Shown here one piece after another: positions 18,665 through 28,254 of a DNA stretch of 35,276 bases. Origin of the DNA: an uncultured Actinomycetota bacterium (GTDB lineage Bacteria > Actinomycetota > Actinomycetes > JAFAQI01); assembly GCA_963770565.1 (NCBI GenBank), contig CAVYQE010000009.1:1-35276 (forward strand). Direction: 5' to 3'. The notes under the pieces were generated by a model, which made no database searches, was not told the DNA's origin, and saw nothing but the letters and a program-made list of their open reading frames with translations. The translations under genes and the position numbers were made by a program. Position 1 is the stretch's first letter, and every line of letters starts with the position of its first letter.

Positions 18665-19687
18665 GTGGACCTTCGCCCGGACGAGGAGTCGCTCGCGTTC
18701 GGCCTGACCGTGCGCACGTTGCTCGGCGAGATCGCAAATACCGAGGCGCTGCGTGCTGCGTGGGACTCCCCGGACGGTCGGGTTCCCGGACTGTGGCATC
18801 GGCTGGCAGAGCTCGGCGTTGCCGGCCTGCTGGTGCCGGACGCCGCCGGCGGCCTCGGTCTCGACGCGACGTCGGCTATCGCGGTCTTCGTCGAGTTGGG
18901 TCGGGCCGCGATCCCCGAGCCGGTCGCCGAGACGATGGTCGGCGCGTCGCTACTCGCCCGAGCCGGTGGCGAGATCGCGCAGCGTCGATTGCCAGACGTC
19001 CTCGCCGGCAAGGCGACGATTGGTATGGGTCTCGGGCCTGGTCGGCTGGTTAGTGGGGCCGAGTGGTCCGACGTGGTCGTGCGGCGCGATGCCGGCGGAC
19101 TCGTCGCCGTCCAGGCGGCCGATCTCGAGCTCGTACCCCAGCTGTCGATCGACCACGGCGTGCGGCTGGCAACTGTCGCCGGACCTGTCAGAGGCGAGCG
19201 GCTCGGCGGTGTCGATCCCGACGCCGCATTCGATCTCATTGCGCTGGCTGCCGCTGCACAGTTGGTCGGGCTGGCCGAGGCAATGCTCGACCGCAGCGTG
19301 GGTTACGCACTGCAGCGCGAGCAGTTCGGCGCGGTGATCGGCTCGTTCCAGGCGATCAAGCACCAGCTCGCCGACAGCTGGGTCGCGAACGCTTTCGCCG
19401 TACCGGTGGTGCATCGCGCGGCGTGGTCGGTGGCCACTGGAGCCGCCACCCGCGCGCGTGACGTGTCGCACGCGAAGCTTGCAGCGTCCGGTGCCGCGCT
19501 CGCCGCCGCCCGCACGGCGCTACAGGTGCACGGCGCGATCGGCTACACCTATGAGCACGACCTGCACATTTGGATGAAGCGCGCCTGGACGCTCGACAGC
19601 TTGTGGGGTGACCGCGTCTGGCACCGCGCGCGGGTGGCCGCCGCGGTCCTGCGCGACGATGAGTCCGTGCCGGGCGGGGGTCGATAG
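18665..19687 (+). CDS. fadE32: Acyl-CoA dehydrogenase beta subunit, FadE32-like
   Basis: Short ACAD with REQFG..IGSFQAIKH and LQVHGAIGYTYEHDL; lacks the IYxGxxE motif; tandem with the alpha subunit. Confidence 0.72.
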   Translation: MDLRPDEESLAFGLTVRTLLGEIANTEALRAAWDSPDGRVPGLWHRLAELGVAGLLVPDAAGGLGLDATSAIAVFVELGRAAIPEPVAETMVGASLLARAGGEIAQRRLPDVLAGKATIGMGLGPGRLVSGAEWSDVVVRRDAGGLVAVQAADLELVPQLSIDHGVRLATVAGPVRGERLGGVDPDAAFDLIALAAAAQLVGLAEAMLDRSVGYALQREQFGAVIGSFQAIKHQLADSWVANAFAVPVVHRAAWSVATGAATRARDVSHAKLAASGAALAAARTALQVHGAIGYTYEHDLHIWMKRAWTLDSLWGDRVWHRARVAAAVLRDDESVPGGGR

Positions 19688-19689
19688 CA

Positions 19690-20913
19690 ATGGGTGCGCC
19701 GCTGGCCGGACTGCGCGTGGTCGAGTGCTCGATGCTCGGACCGGCGGCGTTGACGACTGCACTGGTCGACCTCGGCGCCGAGGTGATCAAGGTCGAGCCG
19801 CCGGGCGGTGACTACATCCGCGGGATGACCTGGCCGATTGTCGAAGGCGTCTCGCTCATGCACCTGCACCTGAACCGCGGCAAGCGAAGCGTGACCCTCG
19901 ACCTTCGCAGCGAGCCGGGCAAGCGGGTGTTCCGTGATCTCGCCGACTCTGCGGACGTCGTGGTCGAGGCGATGCGACCGGGTGCGCTCGACCGCCTCGG
20001 CCTCGGCCCCGCGCAGCTGCGCGCGGAGCATCCGGCGCTGGTGTTCGCGAGCATCTCCGGCTACGGCGCGACCGGGCCCTATCGCGACTATCCGAGTCAC
20101 GGCATCGCGTACGACACCTGGGCCGGCATCGTCACGCCGGCGATCGACGAGGACGGATTCGCCTATCTCCCCGAGCACGTCAGCATCGGCATCTACGCCG
20201 CCCCGCTCTACGGCGCCCTGGCGATTCTCGCGGCGGTGCTGCGGGCGCGAGAGTCGGGCGCCGGTGCCGACCTCGAACTTGCCCAGTCCGACAGCGCGGC
20301 CGCCTTCGACTGGTATCGCAGCGAGACCTGGCGGGCCTACGAACGGCCGCAGTCCGAGGTGACCGGCAACGCGGCGGACGACTTCGAGCGGCGCGCGCCG
20401 GGCACTGCGGGAATGCGCGAAGGCGTGCGCTACCAGGTCTACGCGACCAGCGACGGCTTCGTGCTCTTCATGGCCAGCGAGCAGGCGTTCTGGAAGAACT
20501 TCTGCGACGGGGTCGGGCGGCCGGACCTGTTCGAGCGCTGGCCAGGCGCGACGTACGCCGATCATGCCCGTGGCAATCGTGCGCTGCAGGCTGAGCTGCG
20601 CGAGATCTTCGCGACCCGCACCAGCGTCGAGTGGGTGACATTCGGCGGCGAGGTCAACACCCCGATCGCGCCGGTCAACACGCCACGCACCCTGGCCGAC
20701 GACCCGCAGTTCGTCGCTCGGTTCGACTGGCTGCCGGCGGCGGAGCTCGGGGCCGACCAGCTCGGCTTCCCGGCGAAGTTCGCCGGCGAGGCACTGCCGC
20801 AGCCGCACCGCGCTCCCACCCCGGGGCAGCACACCGACGACGTGCTGCGCGAGGTGTGTCACTACGACGACGTGACGATGGACGCGCTTCGCGAGGGTGG
20901 CGCATTCGGGTGA
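19690..20913 (+). CDS. CaiB/BaiF family III CoA-transferase
   Basis: PLAGLRVVE, LGAEVIKVEPPGGD, LNRGKRSVTLDL, SISGYGATGP, APTPGQHTD. Confidence 0.9.
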   Translation: MGAPLAGLRVVECSMLGPAALTTALVDLGAEVIKVEPPGGDYIRGMTWPIVEGVSLMHLHLNRGKRSVTLDLRSEPGKRVFRDLADSADVVVEAMRPGALDRLGLGPAQLRAEHPALVFASISGYGATGPYRDYPSHGIAYDTWAGIVTPAIDEDGFAYLPEHVSIGIYAAPLYGALAILAAVLRARESGAGADLELAQSDSAAAFDWYRSETWRAYERPQSEVTGNAADDFERRAPGTAGMREGVRYQVYATSDGFVLFMASEQAFWKNFCDGVGRPDLFERWPGATYADHARGNRALQAELREIFATRTSVEWVTFGGEVNTPIAPVNTPRTLADDPQFVARFDWLPAAELGADQLGFPAKFAGEALPQPHRAPTPGQHTDDVLREVCHYDDVTMDALREGGAFG

Positions 20914-22439
20914 GCGCGGCCGACACGATCCCGGGCCTGGTCCGGGCGGCGGCCGAGCGGCACGGCGACGCCGAAGCATTTGCCGACGGCGAGCGCCGGG
21001 TTTCGTTCACCGTGCTCGCCGACCTGATGGCGAGCGCCGCCGCCGGTTGCGTACGTCGCGGGGTCGAGCCCGGTGACCGGGTCGCGATCTGGGCGCCGAA
21101 CTCCATCGACTGGGCGGTCGCCGCGCTCGGTGCGGTCGCTGCCGGCGCGGCGCTGGTGCCGCTCAACACCCGGTACAAGTCGGTCGAGGCCGGGTGGATC
21201 CTCGACCGCAGCCGTGCCGTCCTGACCTTCGTCTCGCCGCCGTTCCTCGGCAACGACTACCCGGCGATGCTCGCCGGCCGGGCCGGGGTGGTGACCCTTG
21301 ATCCGTCCCGGTGGGACGAGCCGGCCGGCCAAGCCGAGCGCGACGAGGTCGAACGACGGATCGCTGCGATCGCGCCGGGCGACACCGGCGACCTGATTTT
21401 CACCTCCGGCACCACCGGGCGGCCGAAGGGCGTCGTGACGTCTCACGCGCAGACCCTGCGGGTGTTCGACACCTGGGCCGAGGTGGTCGGCCTTCGCGCC
21501 GGCGACCGATACCTCGTGGTCAACCCGTTCTTCCACACCTTCGGCTACAAGGCCGGCATCATCGCCTGTCTGTTGCGTGGCGCGACAATCGTGCCGCTGC
21601 CGGTGTTCGACGTACCGGTGGTCCTCGCCCTGATCGAGCGCGAGCGGATCTCCGTACTGGCCGGACCGCCGACGCTGTTCCAGTCGATCCTCGATGCGCC
21701 CGATCGTTCCGCGCGCGATCTCGGCTCGTTGCGGCTGGTCGTCACCGGCGCCGCCATCGTTCCGGTCGTGTTGATCGAACGGCTGCGCGACGAGCTGGCG
21801 ATCGAGACCGTGCTGACCGCCTACGGTCTCACCGAGGCGACCGGCACGGTGACGATGTGCCGGCGCGGCGACGACCCGGTGACCATCGCCACGACGTCGG
21901 GCCGGGCAATCCCCGACACCGAGGTTCGCGTGGTCGACGCCGAGCGCCACCCGGTGGCCGCCGGCGAGCCGGGCGAGGTGGTGGTCCGCGGCTACAACGT
22001 GATGTCGGGATACTTCGAGGACCCGGCGGCAACCGCCGAGACGATCGATGCCGATGGCTGGCTGCACACCGGCGACGTCGGCGTCCTCGACCGGGACGGC
22101 AACCTGCGGATCACGGATCGGCTCAAGGACATGTACGTCGTCGGCGGCTTCAACGCCTATCCCGCGGAGATCGAGCAGCTGCTTGCGACCCACCCCGGGA
22201 TTGCGGACAGCGCGGTGGTCGGCGTACCCGACGACCGGCTCGGTGAGGTCGGCAAGGCCTTCGTGGTGCCGCGGCCCGACGCCACGCTCGAGCCGGCCGA
22301 GATCATCGCCTGGTGCCGGCCGCAGCTGGCCAACTACAAGCTGCCACGTACCGTCGAGATCGTGCCAAGCCTCCCGCGCAACGCCGCAGGCAAGGTGCTG
22401 AAGTTCGAGCTCCGCAGCGCGTCGGTGGAGCAGCCGTGA
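20910..22439 (+). CDS. fadD3: Acyl-CoA ligase, FadD3 (HIP-CoA ligase)-like
   Basis: FTSGTTGRPKG, RYLVVNPFFHTFGYKAGIIACL, VLTAYGLTEA, GGFNAYPAEIE; GTGA overlap. Confidence 0.8.
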   Translation: MSAADTIPGLVRAAAERHGDAEAFADGERRVSFTVLADLMASAAAGCVRRGVEPGDRVAIWAPNSIDWAVAALGAVAAGAALVPLNTRYKSVEAGWILDRSRAVLTFVSPPFLGNDYPAMLAGRAGVVTLDPSRWDEPAGQAERDEVERRIAAIAPGDTGDLIFTSGTTGRPKGVVTSHAQTLRVFDTWAEVVGLRAGDRYLVVNPFFHTFGYKAGIIACLLRGATIVPLPVFDVPVVLALIERERISVLAGPPTLFQSILDAPDRSARDLGSLRLVVTGAAIVPVVLIERLRDELAIETVLTAYGLTEATGTVTMCRRGDDPVTIATTSGRAIPDTEVRVVDAERHPVAAGEPGEVVVRGYNVMSGYFEDPAATAETIDADGWLHTGDVGVLDRDGNLRITDRLKDMYVVGGFNAYPAEIEQLLATHPGIADSAVVGVPDDRLGEVGKAFVVPRPDATLEPAEIIAWCRPQLANYKLPRTVEIVPSLPRNAAGKVLKFELRSASVEQP

Positions 22440-23611
22440 GCGCCGCGATCGACCCGCTGCTGTTCCGGCAGGTGCTCGGCCACTTCCCAACCGGTGTCGC
22501 GGTGATCACCGGGATCGACGCCGAGGGCAAGCCGACCGGGGTGGCGATCGGCTCGTTTACCTCGGTGTCGCTGGACCCGCCGCTCGTGGCGTTCATGCCC
22601 GACAAGCGTTCGAGCAGCTGGCCGCGGATTCGTCAGTCCGGACACTTTTGCGTCAACATCCTCGGCTCCGACCAGGAGTCGGTCTGCCGGACCTTCGCGG
22701 TCAGCGGCGGGGAGAAGTTCGCCGAGCTGTCGTGGCAACCGGCCGGCTCCGGGTCGCCGATCCTCGACGGCGTGCTGGCCTGGATCGACTGCGACATCGA
22801 CGTGGTGCATGAGGCCGGTGACCACTTCATCGTCATCGGCGCGGTTCGCGAGCTGCAGCTCGGCACTGCCGCGTTGCCGCTGGTGTTCTTCCAAGGCGGA
22901 TACGGCCGGTTCTCCTCGCTGTCGCTCGCGGCCTGGGAGAGCGACCTGGTGTTGCAGATGCGCTCGGCCGACCTGGCCAGGCCGTACATGGAGGCGCTGG
23001 CCGAGGAGCTCGAGGTCGAGTGCGTCGCGAGCGCGGTCGTCGGTGCGGAGATGGTGCTGGTCGCCCGCGCCGGCCGGCTGCAGAGCCAGTCGTTGCCGAC
23101 CGCGGTCGGTCAGCGGATCCCGTTCGAGCCCCCGATGGGTACGGCGTTCGTCGCGTGGGCCGCGCCGTCGGCGCGCGAAGCCTGGTTCGAGCGGCTCGGG
23201 CAAGACGCGCCGGCCGCCGCGCGGGCGGAGCTCGAACGCACCTTGGCGCAGGTCCGATCGGCCGGCTACTCGGTGGCCCGTGGACATCGCTGGCACAGCG
23301 AAGCCGCCGAGGTGCTCTCCCGTGACCGCCCTGATGCGCATCGGGACGAGACCGCGCAGGAGATGCACCGGCTGATCCAGACCCTGCCGCCCGACTACGA
23401 GTCGCCGGTCGTCGACGCCGACGACGTACGAACCGTCTCCACTCCGGTCTTCGGCCCGAACAGCTCCGTCGTCCTGGTGCTGTCCGTGACCGTTGCCGGG
23501 CGGCGGTCGTTCGCGGCCGACCTCGGATGGACCGTCGAACGGCTGCGCAGCGCGGCGGCCGCGGTGACCGAGGAGCTGGAGGGCAGTGTGCCTGAGGGGG
23601 AAACCGGATGA
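22436..23611 (+). CDS. Flavin reductase fused to an IclR-type effector-binding domain
   Basis: FRQVLGHFPTGV, SFTSVSLDPPLV, AGDH, PLVFFQG; then VGQRIP...MGTAFVA...LAQVRSAGYSV...VSTPVF. Confidence 0.82.
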   Translation: MSAAIDPLLFRQVLGHFPTGVAVITGIDAEGKPTGVAIGSFTSVSLDPPLVAFMPDKRSSSWPRIRQSGHFCVNILGSDQESVCRTFAVSGGEKFAELSWQPAGSGSPILDGVLAWIDCDIDVVHEAGDHFIVIGAVRELQLGTAALPLVFFQGGYGRFSSLSLAAWESDLVLQMRSADLARPYMEALAEELEVECVASAVVGAEMVLVARAGRLQSQSLPTAVGQRIPFEPPMGTAFVAWAAPSAREAWFERLGQDAPAAARAELERTLAQVRSAGYSVARGHRWHSEAAEVLSRDRPDAHRDETAQEMHRLIQTLPPDYESPVVDADDVRTVSTPVFGPNSSVVLVLSVTVAGRRSFAADLGWTVERLRSAAAAVTEELEGSVPEGETG

Positions 23612-23624
23612 ACGGGACAGGATT

Positions 23625-24152
23625 ATGACCGGCGTCGACATCGCCTCGCTGTTCCTGCGCGCCGCGCTCGGCATCACGATGGTCGCGCACGGGCGCAACC
23701 ACGCCTGGGGTGGCGGGAAGCTGCCCGGCACGGCCCGATGGTTCGAGTCGATCGGGATCCGGCCCGGCCGGGTGCACGCCCTGCTCGCGACGGCGACCGA
23801 GCTCGGCAGCGGAACTCTGCTGCTGCTCGGCCTGCTCACGCCGCTGGCGGCCGCCGGCGTCGTCGGCACGATGTTCGTCGCGCTGATCGCGAACCACCTG
23901 CGCAACGGCTACTTCATCTTCCGGCCCGGCGAGGGCTACGAGTACGTGCTCTTCCTCGTGCTCAGCGGCTTCGCGATGGGTGCCCTTGGCGGCGGCCGGA
24001 TCTCCCTCGACCATGCCTTCTCGCTGCATCTCGGCGGCTGGCTGTCCGGCGGCAAGGGGCTCGCGGTGACCGCGGTCGGGCTGGTCGGCGCGGTCGTGTT
24101 GCTGGCCACCTGCTGGCGCCCGGACCGGACTCCGGCCGCCGATCAGACATAA
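23625..24152 (+). CDS. DoxX family membrane protein
   Basis: LRAALG..MVAHG, TELGSG.LLLLGLLTP, GEGYEY, G.ISLD. Confidence 0.9.
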   Translation: MTGVDIASLFLRAALGITMVAHGRNHAWGGGKLPGTARWFESIGIRPGRVHALLATATELGSGTLLLLGLLTPLAAAGVVGTMFVALIANHLRNGYFIFRPGEGYEYVLFLVLSGFAMGALGGGRISLDHAFSLHLGGWLSGGKGLAVTAVGLVGAVVLLATCWRPDRTPAADQT

Positions 24153-24170
24153 CGTTATGCCATATAATGT
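24148..24170 (+). promoter_or_regulatory. Promoter with canonical -10 TATAAT and overlapping AT-rich palindromes
   Basis: TATAAT at 24163-24168; perfect CATAACGTTATG at 24148-24159. Confidence 0.6.
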
Positions 24171-24216
24171 AAGTCGGCTCTGCTGACCGACCAGCCGACT
24201 GAGACGGAGCGCCTTG

Positions 24217-25347
24217 ATGGAGTTCGGCCTGTTCATCCAGAACTACGTTCCCAACCGCCGGCGCGAGAGCGACCCGCAAGCCGAGCACCACTCGATCTTC
24301 GACGACATCGATGCAGTGGTGGCCGCCGACAAGGCCGGCTTCAAGTTCGTCTGGATCACCGAGCACCACTTCCTCGACGAGTACTCGCACCTGTCCGCGA
24401 ACGACGTCGTGGCCGGCTATCTGGCCGCCAAGACCGAGCGGATCCATATCGGTTCCGGGATCTTCAACCCGCTGCCGCAGGTCAACCACCCGGCCAAGGT
24501 CGCCGAGCGGGTCAACTACCTCGACCACCTGACCGAGGGCCGGTTCGAGTTCGGGACCGGCCGCGGCGCGGGCAGCCACGAGATTCTCGGCTTCCTGCAT
24601 CACGACGGGGTCACCGACACCAACGAGACGAAGGCGATCTGGGACGACGTCATCGGGGAGTTCCCGAAGATGTTCACCCAGGAAACCTACGAGGGCCACG
24701 AGGGCAAGTACTGGTCGCTGCCACCGCGCAAGATCCTGCCGCGGCCGTACGGCAAGGGCCATGCTCCGATGTGGTACGCCGCCGGCAACCCGCCGTCGTA
24801 CGAGATGGCCGGCCGGATGGGTCTCGGCGTCCTTGGCTTCTCCTTGGACCGCTGGGACAAGGTGGAGAAGCTCCGCGCGTCCTACAAGGACGGGATCGCG
24901 AACGCCGAGCCGGTCGGCGCGTTCGTCAACGACAACATCATGTCCTGCATCGCCGCCTATGTTGACGAGGACAGCCACAAGGCCAAGCAGTCCTACGTCA
25001 ACTCGCGGCCGAACTACCTGGTCTCCAATGTCTATCGCTACCACGACACCTTCCCGGCGCCGGACTGGATGCCGAAGTGGCCGGAGACCTTGGCCGAGCC
25101 CACGATGGAGAGCGCGGAGCTCGCGTCGCAGTTCGGCGGGATCGTGCTCGGTGACCCGGACGAGGCGCTCGCGCAGTGCAAGCGGTGGGAGGAGAGCGGG
25201 ATCGATCAGCTCGTCTTCGGGATCGGGCCGGCGCCGATCGAGGACACGATCACGACGATCGAGCTGCTCGGCAAACACGTGATCCCGAAGATCGACACCG
25301 ATCCGGTGGTGTCGACGACCCGCTACCGCGAGCGCGCGGCCGGCTGA
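24217..25347 (+). CDS. LLM-class (luciferase-like) flavin-dependent oxidoreductase
   Basis: MEFGLF, GFKFVWITEHHF, HPAKVAE..YLDHLTEGRFEFGTGRG; GGAG RBS. Confidence 0.9.
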   Translation: MEFGLFIQNYVPNRRRESDPQAEHHSIFDDIDAVVAADKAGFKFVWITEHHFLDEYSHLSANDVVAGYLAAKTERIHIGSGIFNPLPQVNHPAKVAERVNYLDHLTEGRFEFGTGRGAGSHEILGFLHHDGVTDTNETKAIWDDVIGEFPKMFTQETYEGHEGKYWSLPPRKILPRPYGKGHAPMWYAAGNPPSYEMAGRMGLGVLGFSLDRWDKVEKLRASYKDGIANAEPVGAFVNDNIMSCIAAYVDEDSHKAKQSYVNSRPNYLVSNVYRYHDTFPAPDWMPKWPETLAEPTMESAELASQFGGIVLGDPDEALAQCKRWEESGIDQLVFGIGPAPIEDTITTIELLGKHVIPKIDTDPVVSTTRYRERAAG

Positions 25348-25349
25348 GC

Positions 25350-26549
25350 TCAGCCCGCCGGGTCCGGGCGGTTGCGCCCGTGCTTCTCGTGGCTCGACAC
25401 CCAGTCGCCGCGGATCACCGCGCTGCTCAGCGAGGTCTCTCCGGCCAGCACCACGGCTGCGCAGATCTCGGCCAGCTTGCGTGCGTGACCCGGTCCCCAG
25501 CAGCCGAGCAGCTCGAGGCACTCGCGCTGGGTGGCCAGCCCGGTCCCGCCGCCGACGGTTGCCACGATCAGTGACGTGAGCGTCATCGACCAGTAGTAGT
25601 CGCCGTTGTCGAGCAGCTGGGTGTAGGAGACACCGGCGTGCGACTCGGCGATGTTGGCGACGTCCTGTCCGGTCGCGATGAACATTGCGGTGAGCCCGTT
25701 GGCGGCCTGCGCGCCATTGTTGGCCGAGCCGACCAGGAACGAGCCGGCCATCTGGATCTGCCTGGCCCAGAACAATGTCTCGGTGTCGACGCCCATCAGG
25801 TCCTTGAGCAGCTCGCGCTTGATGGTGGCTTCGGCGACGACCCGCTTGCCGCGCGTCTCCATCATGTTGATCCGCGAGTGCTTCTTATCGGTGTCGATGT
25901 TGCCGGAGAGCAGGTAGCGCACGTCCGCGGGATAGCTGTGCTCGATCCACGTGCAGGCGGCGAGGGTGGCCTTACCGGTCATGTTCTGCCCGGCCGCATC
26001 CGCAGTCGTGTAGTTGAACCGCAGGTAGCGCAACGGCCCGATCGAGTACTGCCTGATGTCGCGCAACACGCCGGTCGACGTCGTGCTCTCGGCCACCTTC
26101 TTGATGGTCTCGAAGTTGTCCTCGACCCAGTGACCGAATCTGCTCGCCTCGCGCGCGTCGTCGAAGACGAAGGCCGGCGCCCGCTGCATCGCGTCGTCGA
26201 CGACGGTCGTCTTGACGCCGCCGCATTCGGTGAGCAGCCGCATCCCGCGGTTGTAGCTCGCGACCAGCGTCCCTTCGGTGGTGGCCAGCGGAACGTAGAA
26301 CTCGCCACGCGCGTGCTCGCCGTCGATCAGTAGTGGGCCGGCGATCCCGATCGGCACCTGAGCGACACCGGCGAAGTTCTCGATGTTGCCGCGGACCTTG
26401 CCAGGGTCGAACGAGTAGTGCGCGACGTGGTTCAGCCTCGTGCCCGTGCGGGCGGTGACGAACTCGCGGCGGTCGGCAGCGGACCCAGCGGTGTAGTCGT
26501 CATGCGGGTCGCGCGGGACGCGTTGGCGCACGACCGGATCGTCAGGCAC
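25350..26549 (-). CDS. Class I HMG-CoA reductase family protein (catalytic domain only)
   Basis: ENFAG, PLATTEGTLVAS, DAAGQNM, DKK, TGQDVA, TVGGGT, VLAGE.SL, C-terminal His. Confidence 0.9.
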   Translation of the reverse strand: MPDDPVVRQRVPRDPHDDYTAGSAADRREFVTARTGTRLNHVAHYSFDPGKVRGNIENFAGVAQVPIGIAGPLLIDGEHARGEFYVPLATTEGTLVASYNRGMRLLTECGGVKTTVVDDAMQRAPAFVFDDAREASRFGHWVEDNFETIKKVAESTTSTGVLRDIRQYSIGPLRYLRFNYTTADAAGQNMTGKATLAACTWIEHSYPADVRYLLSGNIDTDKKHSRINMMETRGKRVVAEATIKRELLKDLMGVDTETLFWARQIQMAGSFLVGSANNGAQAANGLTAMFIATGQDVANIAESHAGVSYTQLLDNGDYYWSMTLTSLIVATVGGGTGLATQRECLELLGCWGPGHARKLAEICAAVVLAGETSLSSAVIRGDWVSSHEKHGRNRPDPAG

Positions 26550-28089
26550 GGCGAACGGTAGGTCGCGGGGTCTTCAGCGTCTCCTTGGCGATCTTGCCGG
26601 TCGCGTTCTTCGGCAGGCTTGCCCGGAACTCGATCTCGCGCGGGTACTTGTACGCCGCGACCCGTTCCTTGACGAAGTCGATGATCTCCTCGGCGGTCGC
26701 GGTCGCGCCCGGCTTGAGCTCGATGAAAGCCTTGATGTCCTCGCCCAACAACTCGTGCGGCACCCCGACGACCGCGGCACCGGCGACCGCCGGATGTGCG
26801 TAGAGGACTTCCTCGACCTCGCGGGGATAGACGTTGTAGCCACCGCGGATGATCAGGTCCTTGATCCGGTCGACGATGAAGATGAAGCCGTCCTCGTCTT
26901 GATAGCCGAGGTCGCCGGTGTGGAACCATCCACCGGTGTATGCCTCCGCCGTGGCGTCGGGACGGTTGTGGTAGCCGCGTGGGGTGTTGACGCCTCTGAT
27001 GACGATCTCGCCGACGTTGGTCTCGCCGGTCGGCAGCGGCGTCCCGTCCTCGGTCCACACCTGGACGTCGACGCCCCAGATCGGCTTGCCGACGCTGTAG
27101 ATCTTGCGCTCTTCGGCGCTGACGTTGAACGTCGCGGTGGCGGCCGTCTCGGTCATGCCGTAGCCCTCGAGGATGACGATCCCGAACTTGCGCTCCACCG
27201 CGTCGAGGACCTCGCCCGGGATGGCCGCGCCGCCCGAGATGCCGACCCGGAGGGCGGACAGGTCGTAGTCGTCGAGGGTCGGCTCGTTGAGCAACGCGAT
27301 GTACATCGTGGGCACGCCCTCGAAGACGGTGACGTGGTCGCGCTGCATCACCTCGAGGACCTTAACCGGCTCGAACCGGGGGATCAGCGACATCGTCGCG
27401 CCGAACCGCACGCAGACATTCAGCTGGCTGCACAGCCCGAAGACATGGAACAGCGGCAGCGCGACCAGGACGACGTCGTCGTCCCGCACGCCGAACAACC
27501 GGCCCGGAGTTTCGGCGTTCATATAGAGCTGGAAGTGGGTCAGCTCGGCGCCCTTGGGCTGCCCGGTCGTCCCCGAGGTGTAGACCACTGCGGCGACATC
27601 GCCGGGCTCGGTCTGATGCAGGATCGGGAGCTCGGGCTGTTCGCCGCCGAGGAGTTCCTCGAACGGCCGCCCGAGATCGTCGGCGGAGATCCCGGGGGTG
27701 CCGAGGATGTAGATCCGGTCGAGCCCGGCGTCCGCCGCACCCTTCGCGGCCTCGCCCGCGACTCCGGCCCAGGTGATGAGTGCGCGCGCACCGACGTCGG
27801 CGAGCTGATAGGCGACCTCGGGCGCCTTCAGCAGCACGTTGAGCGGTACGACGACCGATCCGGCCTTGAGGATGCCGAAGTAGGTGATGAGGAACTGGGG
27901 AATGTTCGGCAGCTGAATCGCCACCGGGTCACCCGGCTCGACGCCGGCCCGTCGAAGCCCGGCGGCGAACCGATCGGAGAGCGTGTCGAGCTCGGCGTAG
28001 GTCATCACGCCCTCGTCGAACAATGCGGCCGGCTTGGTCGGGTAGCGGTGTGCGGACTCCCGCAGAATGGTGGCGAGGTTGAATGTCAT
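26542..28089 (-). CDS. Long-chain fatty acid-CoA ligase
   Basis: YTSGTTGQPKG, LPLFHVFG, EGYGMTE, GWFHTGD, YKYPR, TGKI; overlaps the HMGR start by 8 nt. Confidence 0.92.
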   Translation of the reverse strand: MTFNLATILRESAHRYPTKPAALFDEGVMTYAELDTLSDRFAAGLRRAGVEPGDPVAIQLPNIPQFLITYFGILKAGSVVVPLNVLLKAPEVAYQLADVGARALITWAGVAGEAAKGAADAGLDRIYILGTPGISADDLGRPFEELLGGEQPELPILHQTEPGDVAAVVYTSGTTGQPKGAELTHFQLYMNAETPGRLFGVRDDDVVLVALPLFHVFGLCSQLNVCVRFGATMSLIPRFEPVKVLEVMQRDHVTVFEGVPTMYIALLNEPTLDDYDLSALRVGISGGAAIPGEVLDAVERKFGIVILEGYGMTETAATATFNVSAEERKIYSVGKPIWGVDVQVWTEDGTPLPTGETNVGEIVIRGVNTPRGYHNRPDATAEAYTGGWFHTGDLGYQDEDGFIFIVDRIKDLIIRGGYNVYPREVEEVLYAHPAVAGAAVVGVPHELLGEDIKAFIELKPGATATAEEIIDFVKERVAAYKYPREIEFRASLPKNATGKIAKETLKTPRPTVRRA

Positions 28090-28254
28090 GGCCATGTCCT
28101 CTCAATGACCGGCAGGTTATGACTGGTCACCCGGCGATACCAGAGGCGCAAGTCCTCGTCAGGTCGTGCTTTCCGACCACCGTCCGGAGGACCTACGGCT
28201 CTGGCAGCCGTGGCGCCGACCGTCGTACGGTCGCCTCGACTAGGGAGGCGTCCC

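Noticed and set aside
25342-25355. GGCTGAGCTCAGCC palindrome
   Set aside because: Largely generated by two convergent TGA stops; too short to call a terminator
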